Shown here one piece after another: positions 63,550 to 64,000 of a stretch of DNA of 64,000 bases. The translations under genes were made by a program, and so were the position numbers. The notes beneath the pieces were generated by a model, which searched no databases, was not told where the DNA came from, and saw only the letters and a list, made by a program, of their open reading frames with translations. This DNA comes from Octopus sinensis (lineage: Eukaryota), in the NCBI RefSeq assembly GCF_006345805.1, contig NC_043005.1, positions 35,836,001 through 35,900,000 of the forward strand, in the 5' to 3' direction. How positions within the stretch are numbered: the first letter of the stretch is position 1; every line of letters starts with the position of its first letter.

Positions 63550-63947
63550 GGGCATAGGAGTGGCTGTGTGGTAAGCAGCTTGCTTACCAGCCACATGGTT
63601 CTGGGTTCAGTCCCACTGCATCGCACCTTGGGCAAGTGTCTTCTACTATAGCCTCAAGCCGGCCAAAGCCTTGTGAGTGGATTTGGTAGATGGAAACTGA
63701 AAGAAGCCTGTTTTATATATGTATATATGTATGTATGTGTGTGTATGTGTTTGTGCCCCCAACATCGCTTGACAACCGATGGTGGTGTGTTTATGTCCCT
63801 GTAACTTGGCAGTTTGGCAAAAGAGACCGATAGAATAAGTACTAGGCTTACAAAGAATAAGTCCTGGGGTCGATTTGCTCGACTAAAGGTGGTGCTCCAG
63901 CATGGCTACAGTCAAATGACTGAAACATGTAAAAGAGTAAATGAGTA
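63550..63947 (+). mobile_element. full-length octopus SINE family A
   Basis: Complete head-to-tail consensus ending AAAAGAGTAAATGAGTA. Confidence 0.9.
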
Positions 63948-64000
63948 ATGGTTTCATGGTTAAGAATTTCACTTTGCAATAACAAGGTTTTTTGGTTGAG

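Overview
AT-rich, repeat-dense eukaryotic intronic DNA, very probably octopus (coleoid cephalopod), judged from the SINE/MITE families and the (TA)n/(ATG)n/(AAT)n microsatellite load. One host gene runs on the minus strand: an EGF-receptor (EGFR/ErbB) family gene. Ten GT-AG exons between 30669 and 1639 (1610 nt) splice with matching phases into an open L1 - furin-like Cys-rich - L2 - Cys-rich ectodomain. The TM/kinase exons lie outside the window to the left. A candidate upstream exon ends at 39557, and the true start is unresolved. The introns hold Tc1, mariner, DD37D (maT), pogo, hAT and piggyBac-type elements, a Helitron, a Penelope element, R4/Dong-, CR1/L2- and RTE-type LINE fragments, dozens of SINEs and several long inverted repeats. 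The most striking unexplained item is a pair of CpG-rich, mutually homologous but strongly diverged ~300-nt structured segments (about 34690-35020 and 35640-35990). They are 1033 nt apart, antisense to EGFR, and each is a long rod hairpin capped by a type I hammerhead-ribozyme fold and followed by a conserved covarying hairpin, a retrozyme-like architecture. Each hammerhead has one defect. All structures and alignments were derived by eye, with no folding or database search. Repeat boundaries are approximate.
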